A DNA stretch of 64,000 nt from Alphaproteobacteria bacterium (GCA_964291675.2 OZ219865.1:1087547-1151546), one strand, 5' to 3'. Counted from the stretch's first letter, positions 30,359-39,862 are shown. The notes: a model not told the origin generated them from the sequence alone. A program made the numbers and translations.

Positions 30359-30627
30359 GCGCCGAGCCTGTCCAAAAGCTCGATCAGCCGCCGGTCGCCG
30401 CCCGCCGGCGGCCGCCAGTCGACCTGCACCGCGGCGACCCCCTGCCCCTCCAGGCTGCGCGCGAACCGGGCGAGCCCGACATTGACCACGGCCACCGGGC
30501 CGTCGAGCAGGTCCTGGATGGGTTGCGGGCGGTCTCGCACCGGCGGCACTTTCCCGAGCTTCGGTCGCACGACCGCCAGTCTACCGCCCCCGACCGCCGG
30601 GGTCAGCGGCCGAACGGGCCCGGGCAA
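30355..30627 (-). CDS. Small stand-alone FdrA C-terminal-like domain protein (start uncertain)
   Basis: VVNVGLARF...VQVDWRPPAGG motif; stop overlaps the DUF1116 start. Confidence 0.7.
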   Translation of the reverse strand: MPGPVRPLTPAVGGGRLAVVRPKLGKVPPVRDRPQPIQDLLDGPVAVVNVGLARFARSLEGQGVAAVQVDWRPPAGGDRRLIELLDRLGA

Positions 30628-30689
30628 AAAGAAGCGGGCTTATCCAGATCGCTCGACGGGCGGGCGGCCCGCGCCCGGCCCTTCCCGTT

Positions 30690-30865
30690 CCTCCCTTGCT
30701 CCTCCACCGCCACCCCCGACACGTCATGGCCGGACTTGATCCGGCCATCCATGCGGCCCCTCCGCACGCACGGCGGTCGGGCGGGAGGGGTGGCGGCACG
30801 AGTGGATGCCCGGATCAAGTCCGGGCGTGACGAGGAGAGGGGAGCATGGCGATGGGGCGGGCGAC
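30690..30865. repeat. REP doublet element, family A (inverted copy)
   Basis: Reverse complement aligns with 14915-15090 including spacer and flanks. Confidence 0.85.
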
Positions 30866-30951
30866 GCCCGGACAAGAGGAAGGGCGGCCCCCGCCGCCCT
30901 TCGAAAGTGTCGCCGGGACCGGCGGAGCCGGTCCCCGATACGCGTCGGAGG

Positions 30952-32049
30952 CTAGAACACCACCTTGACGCCGACGATACCGGCGATACCGGAATTCTCC
31001 TCGTCTCCGGCGTTGTTCTGGGACTCGTTCCACAGCAGGTTCAGGTGAACCTTCGTGCCGGGGCCGAGCGCGCGGGCATAGCTGCCCATGACCTTCGTGT
31101 GGCTGGCGTCCCCCATGTCCATCTCGCCATGCATACCGACGAGGCTGAAGCTGTTCGCGCCACTCACGAACCGCACGCCGATATCAGTGAGCACGGCTTG
31201 GTTCGCTTCGTTGTCGTCGGTGGTCCGCTTGTGAGCAGCCGACACGCGGAACCCGCCGCCGAAGTCGAGGCGGGCAGCGACGAGCCAGTCGCTCATGTCT
31301 TTCGAACTGCCGTCGTCCGCGCCTTGGTACGCCGTCATGCCGGCGCCGATGGCGAAGCCGCCATCGTCCAACTTGCCGGAATAGCTGACCGCTCCCTCCA
31401 GACCGTCATGAGCCTGATTGATGTTGTTCCGCGCGTTGCTATCGTGGTTCTGGCGGTTCGGAGAGTACGTCACGCCGACCTGGAAACCGCCGAATTTCGG
31501 GGAGATGTAGGTCACCTTCTCCGCGTCGCCGGTGTCCAGACGGGAGTGCCGCAGCCTGTGGAAATCGGCGGGGTGGTCGGACACGCTCGGAACCCAGCCG
31601 TCGTCGAAGCTGAGGTTCTCGCCGACGCCGGTCGCCCAGGACCCGCTCATCCCGGTCAGCATCTTGACCGGCGCACCGCCGGTGCCGCCGAGGGTGATGC
31701 TGCCGAACGACCCGGAGACCTTGACGAAATACTCGTCGATCGGGTCGCCGTGGCCGGGGCCGTCTTGGCTGTGGTGGTTCTGGCCTTCGAGCTCCACACG
31801 GGCGTGGACCTTCATGCCGTTGTCGAGCGAGCCCCGGCCGTTGAAGTGGATCTCCGCGTCGGTCCGGGTGTCCAGCGCCGTCGTATCCGTCGCCGTATCC
31901 TCGTCGAGGATGCCGCCGACCACGCCCTCGTAATAGCCGTTCACGCTGATGGACGGCTTCATCATCTTCTTGTCCTGCGCCGCCGCGCCGCCCGCGATCA
32001 GTACGCTCGCCGCGGCAATGGCCGTACCGGCCAGTAGTTGCTTCTTCAT
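30952..32049 (-). CDS. Outer membrane porin
   Basis: Signal peptide, LDNGMKV...VELEG, YISPKFGGFQVGVTY, C-terminal Phe. Confidence 0.9.
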   Translation of the reverse strand: MKKQLLAGTAIAAASVLIAGGAAAQDKKMMKPSISVNGYYEGVVGGILDEDTATDTTALDTRTDAEIHFNGRGSLDNGMKVHARVELEGQNHHSQDGPGHGDPIDEYFVKVSGSFGSITLGGTGGAPVKMLTGMSGSWATGVGENLSFDDGWVPSVSDHPADFHRLRHSRLDTGDAEKVTYISPKFGGFQVGVTYSPNRQNHDSNARNNINQAHDGLEGAVSYSGKLDDGGFAIGAGMTAYQGADDGSSKDMSDWLVAARLDFGGGFRVSAAHKRTTDDNEANQAVLTDIGVRFVSGANSFSLVGMHGEMDMGDASHTKVMGSYARALGPGTKVHLNLLWNESQNNAGDEENSGIAGIVGVKVVF

Positions 32050-32270
32050 AGCCCCTCCAGGGAGTTGATGCTGATACCGATCGCGGGGACATTCAACTTG
32101 AGAGTGTCGACGCCGTGGTCGACGATGCCGCTCGGATGAGCGGGATGGCAGCCGCTCGCCGGGACCGACGATCCCATCGTCCTCTTCTCGTCCTGCGCCG
32201 CCGCGCCGCCCGCGATGAGCGCGGCGGCGGCGACCGCTAGGGCCGTACCAGCCAGTCGTTGCTTCCTCAT
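32046..32270 (-). other. Duplicated porin RBS plus signal-peptide region forming a 74-aa upstream ORF
   Basis: About 100-bp direct repeat of the porin 5' end (MRKQRLAGTA...AAAQDEK vs MKKQLLAGTA...AAAQDKK). Confidence 0.7.
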
Positions 32271-32508
32271 AGCCCCTCCATGGAGTTGCACATTTCGCCG
32301 CAACCGCGCGGCAAGACCAGCATCCGAATTCGACCTTCTGTTGACTGAACCCTCGCTCGGGCAATCCTTCTAACTCACGGGAACGTTAGACTTTTTTCCC
32401 CATCTCTATTTCCCGTCCGGCTTGCGCTATCGCCGGGACTTGGCTTGAATGTCTCCGGATCGGCTGCTGTCGGGTTGCGGTTTGATCGCGGATTTGGGAG
32501 GGGCCAGC

Positions 32509-33687
32509 GTGCCGAGGCGGAGCGAATTCAGGATCACCGGGCGCAGCGTGGAGGCGCTCCGGGCCGGGGAGAAGGACGCCGTGTTGTGGGACCGGGACCT
32601 CGCCGGGTTCGGCGTCCGGGTGCATGCGACGGGCCGCAAGGTCTATGTCGTGCAGTCCCGCGGGCCGGCCGGGCTGACCCGTCTCACGCTCGGGCGCCAC
32701 GGCGACTTGTTCCCGCAAGAGGCGAGGCGAAGGGCGCGCGAGATCATCGACCGGATCAAGCGCGGGCTCGACCCGGTGCCGGCGCCGCCCGCGCCCGCGC
32801 TCACGGTGGCCGGGCTGGCGGAGCGCTATCTGCGGCGCCACGTGGCGGCGCATTGCAAGGCGAGCTCGGCCAGGCTCTACCGGCTGGAGCTGGAACGCCA
32901 CGTCCTCCCCGCCGTCGGCGCCAAGCCGGCCGCCGCGGTGAGCCGGGAAGACGTGGCGGCGCTGCACCACCGCCTGCGCGCGACGCCCTATTCGGCCAAC
33001 CGGGCGATAAAAATCCTGTCCCGCATGTTCCGCCAGGCCGAGACCTGGGAGCTGCTGCCGCCGGGGAGCAACCCGTGCCGCGGGGTGCGGCTCTACCGGG
33101 AGCGCTCGCGCGACCGGTTCCTGACCGCCGAGGAGTACCGCCGGCTGGGGCGCGCGCTGGACGAAGCGGCGGCCGGCGGCGCGCTGTGGCCCGCCGCGGT
33201 CGCGGCGATCCGCCTGCTGCTGCTGACCGGCTGCCGCAAGGGCGAGATCCTGACGCTGCGCTGGGACGACGTGGATCTCACGGCCCGCGAATTGCGGCTC
33301 AGGGACGCCAAGGCGGGGCCCCGCATGGTGCCGCTGACCCCGCCGGCCCGGCGGGTGCTGGAGGGCATTCCCCGGGCCGACGGCAATCCCTGGGTGATCC
33401 CGGGCCGCAAGCCGGGCGGCCACATGACGGATCTCTCCTATCACTGGGCGCGGGTGGCGGCGCGCGCCGGGCTCGACGGCGTGCGCATCCACGACATCCG
33501 CCACTCCTTCGCCTCGCGCGCGCTGGCGCTCGGCGAGAGCCTGACCATGATCGGCCGGCTGCTGGGCCACGCGCGGGCCGGCACCACGGCGCGCTACGCC
33601 CACCTCCAGCGCGATGCCGAGCGGGCGGCGGCGCGCCGGGTCGGGGACAGTATCGCCGTCCAGATCCTGCCGCCCGGCGCCGCCTGA
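32509..33687 (+). CDS. Tyrosine integrase with arm-binding N-terminal domain
   Basis: WDRDLAGFGVRV; TGCRKGE, HDIRHSFAS, LLGH, TTARYAH. Confidence 0.92.
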   Translation: MPRRSEFRITGRSVEALRAGEKDAVLWDRDLAGFGVRVHATGRKVYVVQSRGPAGLTRLTLGRHGDLFPQEARRRAREIIDRIKRGLDPVPAPPAPALTVAGLAERYLRRHVAAHCKASSARLYRLELERHVLPAVGAKPAAAVSREDVAALHHRLRATPYSANRAIKILSRMFRQAETWELLPPGSNPCRGVRLYRERSRDRFLTAEEYRRLGRALDEAAAGGALWPAAVAAIRLLLLTGCRKGEILTLRWDDVDLTARELRLRDAKAGPRMVPLTPPARRVLEGIPRADGNPWVIPGRKPGGHMTDLSYHWARVAARAGLDGVRIHDIRHSFASRALALGESLTMIGRLLGHARAGTTARYAHLQRDAERAAARRVGDSIAVQILPPGAA

Positions 33688-33700
33688 CGCCGGTCCCGGC

Positions 33701-34870
33701 ATGGAGAGGGAGAAGGCCGCGATCTCCAACCGCATGGTGGCGGCGCTCGCCGTCGCCCGTGACACGGTGTTCTGGGACCGCGAGCTGGCCGGGTTCGGCG
33801 TCCGCGCCTACCCGTCGGGCGGCCGGGTCTATGTCGCCCAGGCGCGGGGGCCGGCGGGGTCGAGGCGGGCGACCATCGGCCGCCACGGGGTGATCGGCGC
33901 CGACGAGGCGCGCCGCCGGGCCGCCGCGGTCATCGCCCGCATCAAGGCGGGCGAGGAGCCGCTGCCGGCGCGGCTCGCGCAAGGGCCGACGGTGGCCCGG
34001 TTCGCCGCGCGCTACCTCGCCGAACACGTCGCCGTGCGCTGCAAGCCGAAGACCGCGGAGACCGCCCGCACGACGGTCGAGCGCTATATCGTGCCGGCGC
34101 TCGGCCGGCTGCCGATGATTTCGGTCCGCCCGGCCCGGGTGTTCGCCCTGCACCACCGGCTCGGCGACCGGCCGGCGATGGCCAACGCGGTGCTGGCGAC
34201 GCTGTCCCACATGTACACCCTGGCCCAGGGCTGGGGCGCGGTGCCGGAGGGGACCAACCCGTGCCGGTCGGTGGTGAGATACCCGGCCAGGCGCCGCGAG
34301 CGGTTTCTCACCGACGCCGAGTTCGACCGTCTCGGGCGGGTGCTCGACGCGGCGCCGGCCCGGGGCGGCGCCTCGCCGACGGCGGTCGCGGCGATCCGCC
34401 TGCTGATCCTCACCGGCTGCCGCAAGAACGAGGTCCTGCGGTTGCGCTGGGAGGATGTCGACCTCGAAGCCGGCGAGCTCGCGCTCGCCGACGCCAAGAC
34501 CGGCCCGCGCGCGGTGGCGCTCGCCCCCGCCGCAAGCGGCCTGCTGGCCGCCCTGCCGCGCAAGACCGGCAATCCGTGGGTGTTTCCCGGGCACCGGGCG
34601 GGCACCCACATGCGCAGCATCGACGATGCCTGGTACACGCTGCGGGCGCGCGCCGGGCTCGACGACGTGCGGCTGCACGACCTGCGCCACTCCTTCGCCT
34701 CGCGCGCGCTGGCGCTCGGCGAGAGCCTGCCGATGATCGGCCGGCTGCTCGGCCACAGCCGGCTGGAGACCACGGCGCGCTACGCGCATCTGGCGCGCGA
34801 TTCCATCCACGAGGCGGCGGCGCGGGTGGCGGGCAGCATCGCCGCCGACATTCTGGACGAGCGGCGCTAG
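33701..34870 (+). CDS. Tyrosine integrase, tandem paralog
   Basis: WDRELAGFGVR; TGCRKNE, HDLRHSFAS, LLGH, TTARYAH. Confidence 0.92.
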   Translation: MEREKAAISNRMVAALAVARDTVFWDRELAGFGVRAYPSGGRVYVAQARGPAGSRRATIGRHGVIGADEARRRAAAVIARIKAGEEPLPARLAQGPTVARFAARYLAEHVAVRCKPKTAETARTTVERYIVPALGRLPMISVRPARVFALHHRLGDRPAMANAVLATLSHMYTLAQGWGAVPEGTNPCRSVVRYPARRRERFLTDAEFDRLGRVLDAAPARGGASPTAVAAIRLLILTGCRKNEVLRLRWEDVDLEAGELALADAKTGPRAVALAPAASGLLAALPRKTGNPWVFPGHRAGTHMRSIDDAWYTLRARAGLDDVRLHDLRHSFASRALALGESLPMIGRLLGHSRLETTARYAHLARDSIHEAAARVAGSIAADILDERR

Positions 34871-34876
34871 CTCCCT

Positions 34877-34914
34877 CGTCATGCCCGGTCTCGATCCGGG
34901 GGCCGGCCATGACG
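34877..34914. repeat. Fused REP family A derivative
   Basis: CGTCATGCCCGGTCTCGATCCGGGGGCCGGCCATGACG; similar to 15140-15172. Confidence 0.7.
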
Positions 34915-35058
34915 GGGGGCGGGGGCGGGGCGGCGCGCCGCTTGCGGCTTGATTACGAACCCGTCCCGGCCCGCCCCGCTGTGGCAATTTTGCGACGCTT
35001 GCCGGCGCCGTCGCGGGCTATGATCGGGGCGCTTGCGCGACAACGGGGAGGATGTCCG

Positions 35059-35496
35059 ATGCCGGTACCGTTTTCCGGCGGCTGCGCCTGCGGGGCGGTC
35101 CGCTACACCTGCTCCGAGGAGCCCTTCGTCTGCTACGCCTGCCACTGCACGGAGTGCCGGAAGCGCACCGGGGCGGCGTTCGGCACCTCGCTCCAGGTGC
35201 CGGTCGAAGGGCTCGCGGTCGACCGGGGCGAGCCCAAGCTGCGGCGCCGCATCGCCGACAGCGGCAACGAGATCGACGTGCGGTTCTGCGGCGATTGCGG
35301 CACCTCGGTCTATGCCGGCGGGCCGGTCAGGCCGCATGTCCGGGTGATCTTCGGCGGCACGCTGGACGACCCCGCCTGGGTGCCGGTGCAGGCCAATATC
35401 TGGACCCGCAGCGCGCTCCCCTGGGTGCATCTCGACCCGGCCATCGAGCGCTTCGAGACGCTGCCGGATTTCGCCAGGTACTACGAGAACAGGTAG
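35059..35496 (+). CDS. GFA/CENP-V family protein
   Basis: GGCACG, CHCTECRK, FCGDCGT. Confidence 0.92.
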   Translation: MPVPFSGGCACGAVRYTCSEEPFVCYACHCTECRKRTGAAFGTSLQVPVEGLAVDRGEPKLRRRIADSGNEIDVRFCGDCGTSVYAGGPVRPHVRVIFGGTLDDPAWVPVQANIWTRSALPWVHLDPAIERFETLPDFARYYENR

Positions 35497-35502
35497 GGCG
35501 CC

Positions 35503-35889
35503 ATGGCACGACGCAAGAGCATCGAGATCGAGAGCTTCCGGCATGCCAACCCGATCCCCAACGCGTCGCGGATCGGCAACCTGGTGATGTCGGGGGTAAT
35601 CCTCGGGCGCGACCCGGAGACCGGCGAATACCCGCCCGGCCTCGCCGAGCAGGCGGCGCTGGTGTTCCGCTTCATGCGCGAGACCGTGGAGGCCGCCGGC
35701 GGCACCGTCGAAGACATCCTGAAGGTGAACTTCTATCTCAAGGACGCCTCCGACCGCGCCGCGCTCAACGCGCTCTGGACGGAAATGTTCCCCGACCCCG
35801 AGTCCCGCCCGGCGCGCCACTCGCAACCGGACGTGTCGGGCCGCGAGGGCGTGCTGGTGCAGTGCGACTTCACCGCGGTGATCGACTGA
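35503..35889 (+). CDS. RidA/YjgF family protein
   Basis: HANPIP, LNALWTEMFPDPESRPARH. Confidence 0.88.
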   Translation: MARRKSIEIESFRHANPIPNASRIGNLVMSGVILGRDPETGEYPPGLAEQAALVFRFMRETVEAAGGTVEDILKVNFYLKDASDRAALNALWTEMFPDPESRPARHSQPDVSGREGVLVQCDFTAVID

Positions 35890-35891
35890 GT

Positions 35892-35978
35892 TGGTGGGCC
35901 CGGCCGGACTCGAACCGGCACTCCCTCGCGGGAAGCGGATTTTAAGTCCGCTGTGTCTGCCAATTCCACCACGGACCC
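35892..35978 (-). tRNA. tRNA-Leu(TAA)
   Basis: GGGTCCG acceptor stem, GCGGA-CTTAAAA-TCCGC anticodon arm, long variable arm, GGTTCGA, CCA. Confidence 0.95.
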
Positions 35979-36132
35979 ACGCGCCCGGCGGATGATACGC
36001 CGGGCCCCGATGCCGGCCTAGCGGAGACTGCGGGGGCGGTTTCGACGGCATTCGAACCGCCCGGCGTCGCATTTTCGATTGTCGCACTGGGTGCTATACT
36101 CAGGACCCTGCGCCGGTCGCATAGTGTGAAAT

Positions 36133-36507
36133 TTGCGTGTCTTCAAGACGAGAGCGTTCGCGCGATTTGCCGGTCGCGAAGGGGTCGAAGATGGCGCGTT
36201 GTGCGAGGCGGCCGAGCGCGCCGAGAAAGGGCTGATCGATGCCGATCTCGGCGGTGGCGTCATCAAGCAGCGTATCGCCCGGAAGGGACGGGGCAGGTCC
36301 GGCGGGTTCCGCTCGATCGTCCTGTTCCGCCGGGAAAGGCTCGCGTTTTTCGTTTACGGGTTTGCGAAGCGGGACCGGCAGAATCTGCGGCGGGACGAGC
36401 TCAAGGCCTTCCGACTTCTGGCCGATGAAATGCTTGCGATGGATACGCCCGGACTCGATGCGGCCCTGTCCAACGGAACCATCGTCGAGGTGACGTGCGA
36501 TGGCTAA
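36133..36507 (+). CDS. RelE/HigB-like toxin
   Basis: MRVFKTRAFARFA...DADLGGGVIKQRIAR.G.G.SGGFR. Confidence 0.88.
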   Translation: MRVFKTRAFARFAGREGVEDGALCEAAERAEKGLIDADLGGGVIKQRIARKGRGRSGGFRSIVLFRRERLAFFVYGFAKRDRQNLRRDELKAFRLLADEMLAMDTPGLDAALSNGTIVEVTCDG

Positions 36508-36817
36508 ACGGTACAAGAGCGAGGCGCTTGCCGCCGCGCACGAGACCGCGCACGGTCTGGCGGAGGCCGGTGTCATGGGCAAGCGCACCATGCGGGCGTT
36601 CGACGAGATGTGCCTCACCCCGGTCGAGGAGATGAGCCCGGAGGAGATCCGCGCGCTGCGGCTGCGGGAGAACGCGAGCCAGGCAGTGTTCGCCCGCTAC
36701 CTGAACGTGACCGCCGGGCTGGTGAGCCAGTGGGAGCGGGGCGAGAAGCGGCCGCGGGGCGCCTCGCTCAAGCTGCTCGCGCTGGTCGCCAGGAACGGCC
36801 TGCGAGCGGTCGCGTGA
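36500..36817 (+). CDS. HigA-like HTH antitoxin
   Basis: IRALRLRENASQAVFARYLNV...VSQWERGEKRP. Confidence 0.88.
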   Translation: MAKRYKSEALAAAHETAHGLAEAGVMGKRTMRAFDEMCLTPVEEMSPEEIRALRLRENASQAVFARYLNVTAGLVSQWERGEKRPRGASLKLLALVARNGLRAVA

Positions 36818-36832
36818 ACGCCGGGAACGCCC

Positions 36833-38296
36833 ATGCTGCGCTCGGGTGAGGACTATCTCGCGGGCATCCGCGACGGGCGGGCGGTCTATATCGGCCGGGA
36901 GCGCGTGGGCGACGTGACCGAGCATGCGGCGTTTGCCAACGCGGCCCGCATGTACGCCGCGATGTACGACCTCAAGCGCGCCGAGGACATGCGCGACGTG
37001 CTCTGGGTCGAGCGGGACGGCGAGCGCTTCGCGGCGTATTTTCTAAAGCCCCGCAGCCGGGGCGAGCTGGAGATCCGCAGCGCGGCGCATCGCGCCATCG
37101 CCCGCTTCTCGCACGGGCTGCTGGGGCGCTCGCCGGACCACGTGGCGTCCTCGATCGCCGGGCTCGCCATCGGGTCTTCGGTGTTCGACCGGGACGGCGG
37201 CGGCTTCTCCGAGCGCATCGAGGCCTATTACCAGCACGCGCGCTCGCGCGACCTCTACCTCGCCTACGCCATCCTGCCGCCGCAGGGGGCGCGCAAGCCC
37301 GAGCTCTACCAGAGCGCCGACCGCAGCCCGCCGACGCTGCGCGTGACCGCGGAGGACGGCGAGGGCGTGACGCTCAACGGGATGAAGATGCTAGCCACCG
37401 GCGCGGTGTTCGCCGACGAGCTCTGGATCGGCAACATCATCCCGCTAGCGCCGAGCCAGATCAAGGAGTCGGTGACCTGCGCGGTGCCGGTCGCCGCCCC
37501 CGGGGTCTCGCTCTGGGCGCGCAAGCCGTTCGGCGCCGCGCAGGGGATCGAGTTCCACAACCCGCTCGCCCACCGCTTCGACGAATCCGACTCGATGATC
37601 GTCTTCGAGGACGTGCGCGTCCCCTGGGAGCGCGTCTTCGTGCACGACAACCCGGGGCTGTCGCGCGACATCTATGTCGAGACCCCGGCGCACTACATGT
37701 CGAACCACCAGTCCAACGTGCGCTTCGCCGCCAAGCTCCGGCTGCTGATCGGCCTCGCCTCCAGGATCGCGCGGTCCAACGGGGCGCGCGACATCCCGGC
37801 GGTGCGCGAGGTGCTGGGCGAGCTCGCCTCGATGGAGGCGGCCTATGGCGGCATCGTCGACGGCCAGCTCCAGGCCTTCGGCGAGACCGGCAATGGCTAC
37901 GTCCACGTCAACGAGCGCTACATGTACGCGGCGATCAACTACGCGGTCGAGCATTACGGGCCGATCTGCGACCGCATCCGCACGCTGATGGGCGGCGGGG
38001 TGTTCCAGATGCCGGCCAGCATCGACGTCGCCGGGGATCCGGCGCTCGGGCGCATCTTCGAGGATTACTGGTCGACCGCCGACGAGACCGCGATCGAGCG
38101 CATGAAGCTGTTCCACCTCGCCTGGGACATGCTGGGCTCGGAGTTCGCGATGCGCCACGACCAGTACGAAAAATTCTATGTCGGCCAGCGCTTCATCGTG
38201 CGCGACTACAATTTCCGCCACACGCCGTGGGACGATTACGAGGGGATCGCCGACGGCATCATGGCGGGGTACGGCGCGCCGGGCGGGGCGGAATGA
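36833..38296 (+). CDS. 4-hydroxyphenylacetate 3-hydroxylase family monooxygenase
   Basis: RDGRAVYI, GRSPDH, GMKMLATG, RFDESD, VPWERVF. Confidence 0.9.
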   Translation: MLRSGEDYLAGIRDGRAVYIGRERVGDVTEHAAFANAARMYAAMYDLKRAEDMRDVLWVERDGERFAAYFLKPRSRGELEIRSAAHRAIARFSHGLLGRSPDHVASSIAGLAIGSSVFDRDGGGFSERIEAYYQHARSRDLYLAYAILPPQGARKPELYQSADRSPPTLRVTAEDGEGVTLNGMKMLATGAVFADELWIGNIIPLAPSQIKESVTCAVPVAAPGVSLWARKPFGAAQGIEFHNPLAHRFDESDSMIVFEDVRVPWERVFVHDNPGLSRDIYVETPAHYMSNHQSNVRFAAKLRLLIGLASRIARSNGARDIPAVREVLGELASMEAAYGGIVDGQLQAFGETGNGYVHVNERYMYAAINYAVEHYGPICDRIRTLMGGGVFQMPASIDVAGDPALGRIFEDYWSTADETAIERMKLFHLAWDMLGSEFAMRHDQYEKFYVGQRFIVRDYNFRHTPWDDYEGIADGIMAGYGAPGGAE

Positions 38297-38386
38297 CCGC
38301 ATTCCGGGTTTGAACCCCGCGCCCCGCTTTGCCAAGATCGGCCGCCATGGCAAACGCCCGACGACAGGCAACGCATTGCGGGCCGA

Positions 38387-38492
38387 TCCTTCGATACGCC
38401 CGCCTGCGGCGGGCTACTCAGGATGAGGAGGAAGGGAGGAACCCCGCCCTCCCCTCATCCCGAGTAGGCCCGAAGGGCCGTATCGAGGGACG
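38387..38492. repeat. REP doublet, family B (CTCATCCTGAGTAG-hairpin-GTATCGAAGGA)
   Basis: Two inverted units, each with GTAG followed by a GC hairpin. Confidence 0.85.
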
Positions 38493-38504
38493 GAGCATCA
38501 GGCG

Positions 38505-39329
38505 ATGACAGATCACGCCCGCCTCACGCCCGGGCAGATCGGATTTTACCGCGAGCACGGCTATCTCGCGCCGCTGCCCGGGCTCGGCGCGGACGAGACC
38601 GCCGGCATGCGCGAATCGCTCGCGGCGTTCGAAGCGGCGCGCGGGTTCTCGGCCGGCGACATCCACATGAAGGGCCATCTCTGCTTCCCCCGGTCGCACG
38701 CGCTCGCCGCGCGGCCCGAGATCCTGGACCCGGTCGAGGATTTGATCGGCCCCGACATCCTGCTGTTCGCCTCCAAGTTCTGGATCAAGCCGCCGCGCAC
38801 CGGGCGCTTCGTCTCGTGGCACCAGGACTCGGCCTATTTCGGCCTCGACCCGCACGAGCTCGCGGCGGTGTGGATCGCGCTCACCGACAGCAACCGCGAG
38901 AACGGCTGCGTGCGGGTGATGCCGGGCTCGCATCGCGGCCCCGCGCACTGGCACCGCGAGACCCCGGACGAGGACAACCTGCTGGGCCGCGGCCAGACCA
39001 TCGAGGGGCTCGACGAATCGAAGGCCGTCGACCTCGTGCTGCGCGAGGGCGAGTTCTCGATCCACCACGAGCGCACGGCGCACGGCTCGCTGCCCAACCG
39101 GACCGGCCGGCCGCGCATCGGGCTCGCGCTGTTCTACATCCCGACCTCGGTGCGCTCGACCATCGGCCGCCGCGCGGCGACGCTGGTGCGCGGCACCGAC
39201 CGCTTCGGGCACTGGGACGCGGACCCGGTGCCCGAGGTCGACGGCGATCCGGCGATCCTCGACTACATGCGCGCCGCGCAACGCCGCTACCACGACCCGG
39301 CCTATGCGCAGGAGGCCGGCGGGGGGTAG
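38505..39329 (+). CDS. Phytanoyl-CoA dioxygenase (PhyH) family protein
   Basis: WHQDSAY, WIALTD...NGC...PGSH, TAHGS..N...R. Confidence 0.92.
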   Translation: MTDHARLTPGQIGFYREHGYLAPLPGLGADETAGMRESLAAFEAARGFSAGDIHMKGHLCFPRSHALAARPEILDPVEDLIGPDILLFASKFWIKPPRTGRFVSWHQDSAYFGLDPHELAAVWIALTDSNRENGCVRVMPGSHRGPAHWHRETPDEDNLLGRGQTIEGLDESKAVDLVLREGEFSIHHERTAHGSLPNRTGRPRIGLALFYIPTSVRSTIGRRAATLVRGTDRFGHWDADPVPEVDGDPAILDYMRAAQRRYHDPAYAQEAGGG

Positions 39330-39342
39330 GGAATCGGGGCGG

Positions 39343-39450
39343 TCCTTCGATACGCCCGCCTGCGGCGGGCTACTCAGGATGAGGTGTTTTCTTTTGGGAC
39401 TCCGCACCCCTCATCCTGAGTAGCGCCCGCAGGGCGCGTATCGAAGGACG
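39343..39450. repeat. REP doublet, family B
   Basis: First unit identical to 38387-38428. Confidence 0.85.
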
Positions 39451-39719
39451 CGCCCTACCCCCCCGTCACGTGCAGGATCGCGACCATCGAGACCACGGCG
39501 AGCGGGACTCCGCACCCCTCATCCTGAGTAGCGCCCGCAGGGCGCGTATCGAAGGACGCGCCCTACCCCCCCGTCACGTGCAGGATCGCGACCATCGAGA
39601 CCACGGCGAGCGGGACTCCGCACCCCTCATCCTGAGTAGCGCCCGCAGGGCGCGTATCGAAGGACGCGCCCTACCCCCCCGTCACATGCAGGATCGCGAC
39701 CATCGAGACCACGGCGAGC
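39396..39719. repeat. Tandem 3 x 108-bp repeat (REP unit plus gene 3' end)
   Basis: Units start at 39396, 39504 and 39612; one substitution seen (CACGTG/CACATG). Confidence 0.92.
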
Positions 39720-39862
39720 GTCACGCCCGCGTTCAGCTTCCACATGCCCTTCCTGCGCAGATTGTCGGGCAGCGCGCGGTTGGTCATCGCGGCGAAGCCC
39801 TGGAAGCCGAGCAGCACCCCCACCCCCAGCATCAGCCCGAGCACCGGCGCTTCCCAGCTCAT
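39671..39862 (-). CDS. Small two-TM membrane protein
   Basis: MSWEAPVLGLMLGVG...LAVVSMVAILHVTGG; ATGA overlap with the upstream gene. Confidence 0.65.
   Translation of the reverse strand: MSWEAPVLGLMLGVGVLLGFQGFAAMTNRALPDNLRRKGMWKLNAGVTLAVVSMVAILHVTGG

Noticed and set aside
35892-35930. tRNA-Leu(TAA) 3' end as the att site for the integrase pair or island
   Set aside because: No duplicated tRNA 3' fragment was found by eye in the window.
39396-39719. CRISPR array
   Set aside because: Units are identical end to end with no unique spacers, and no cas genes are present.
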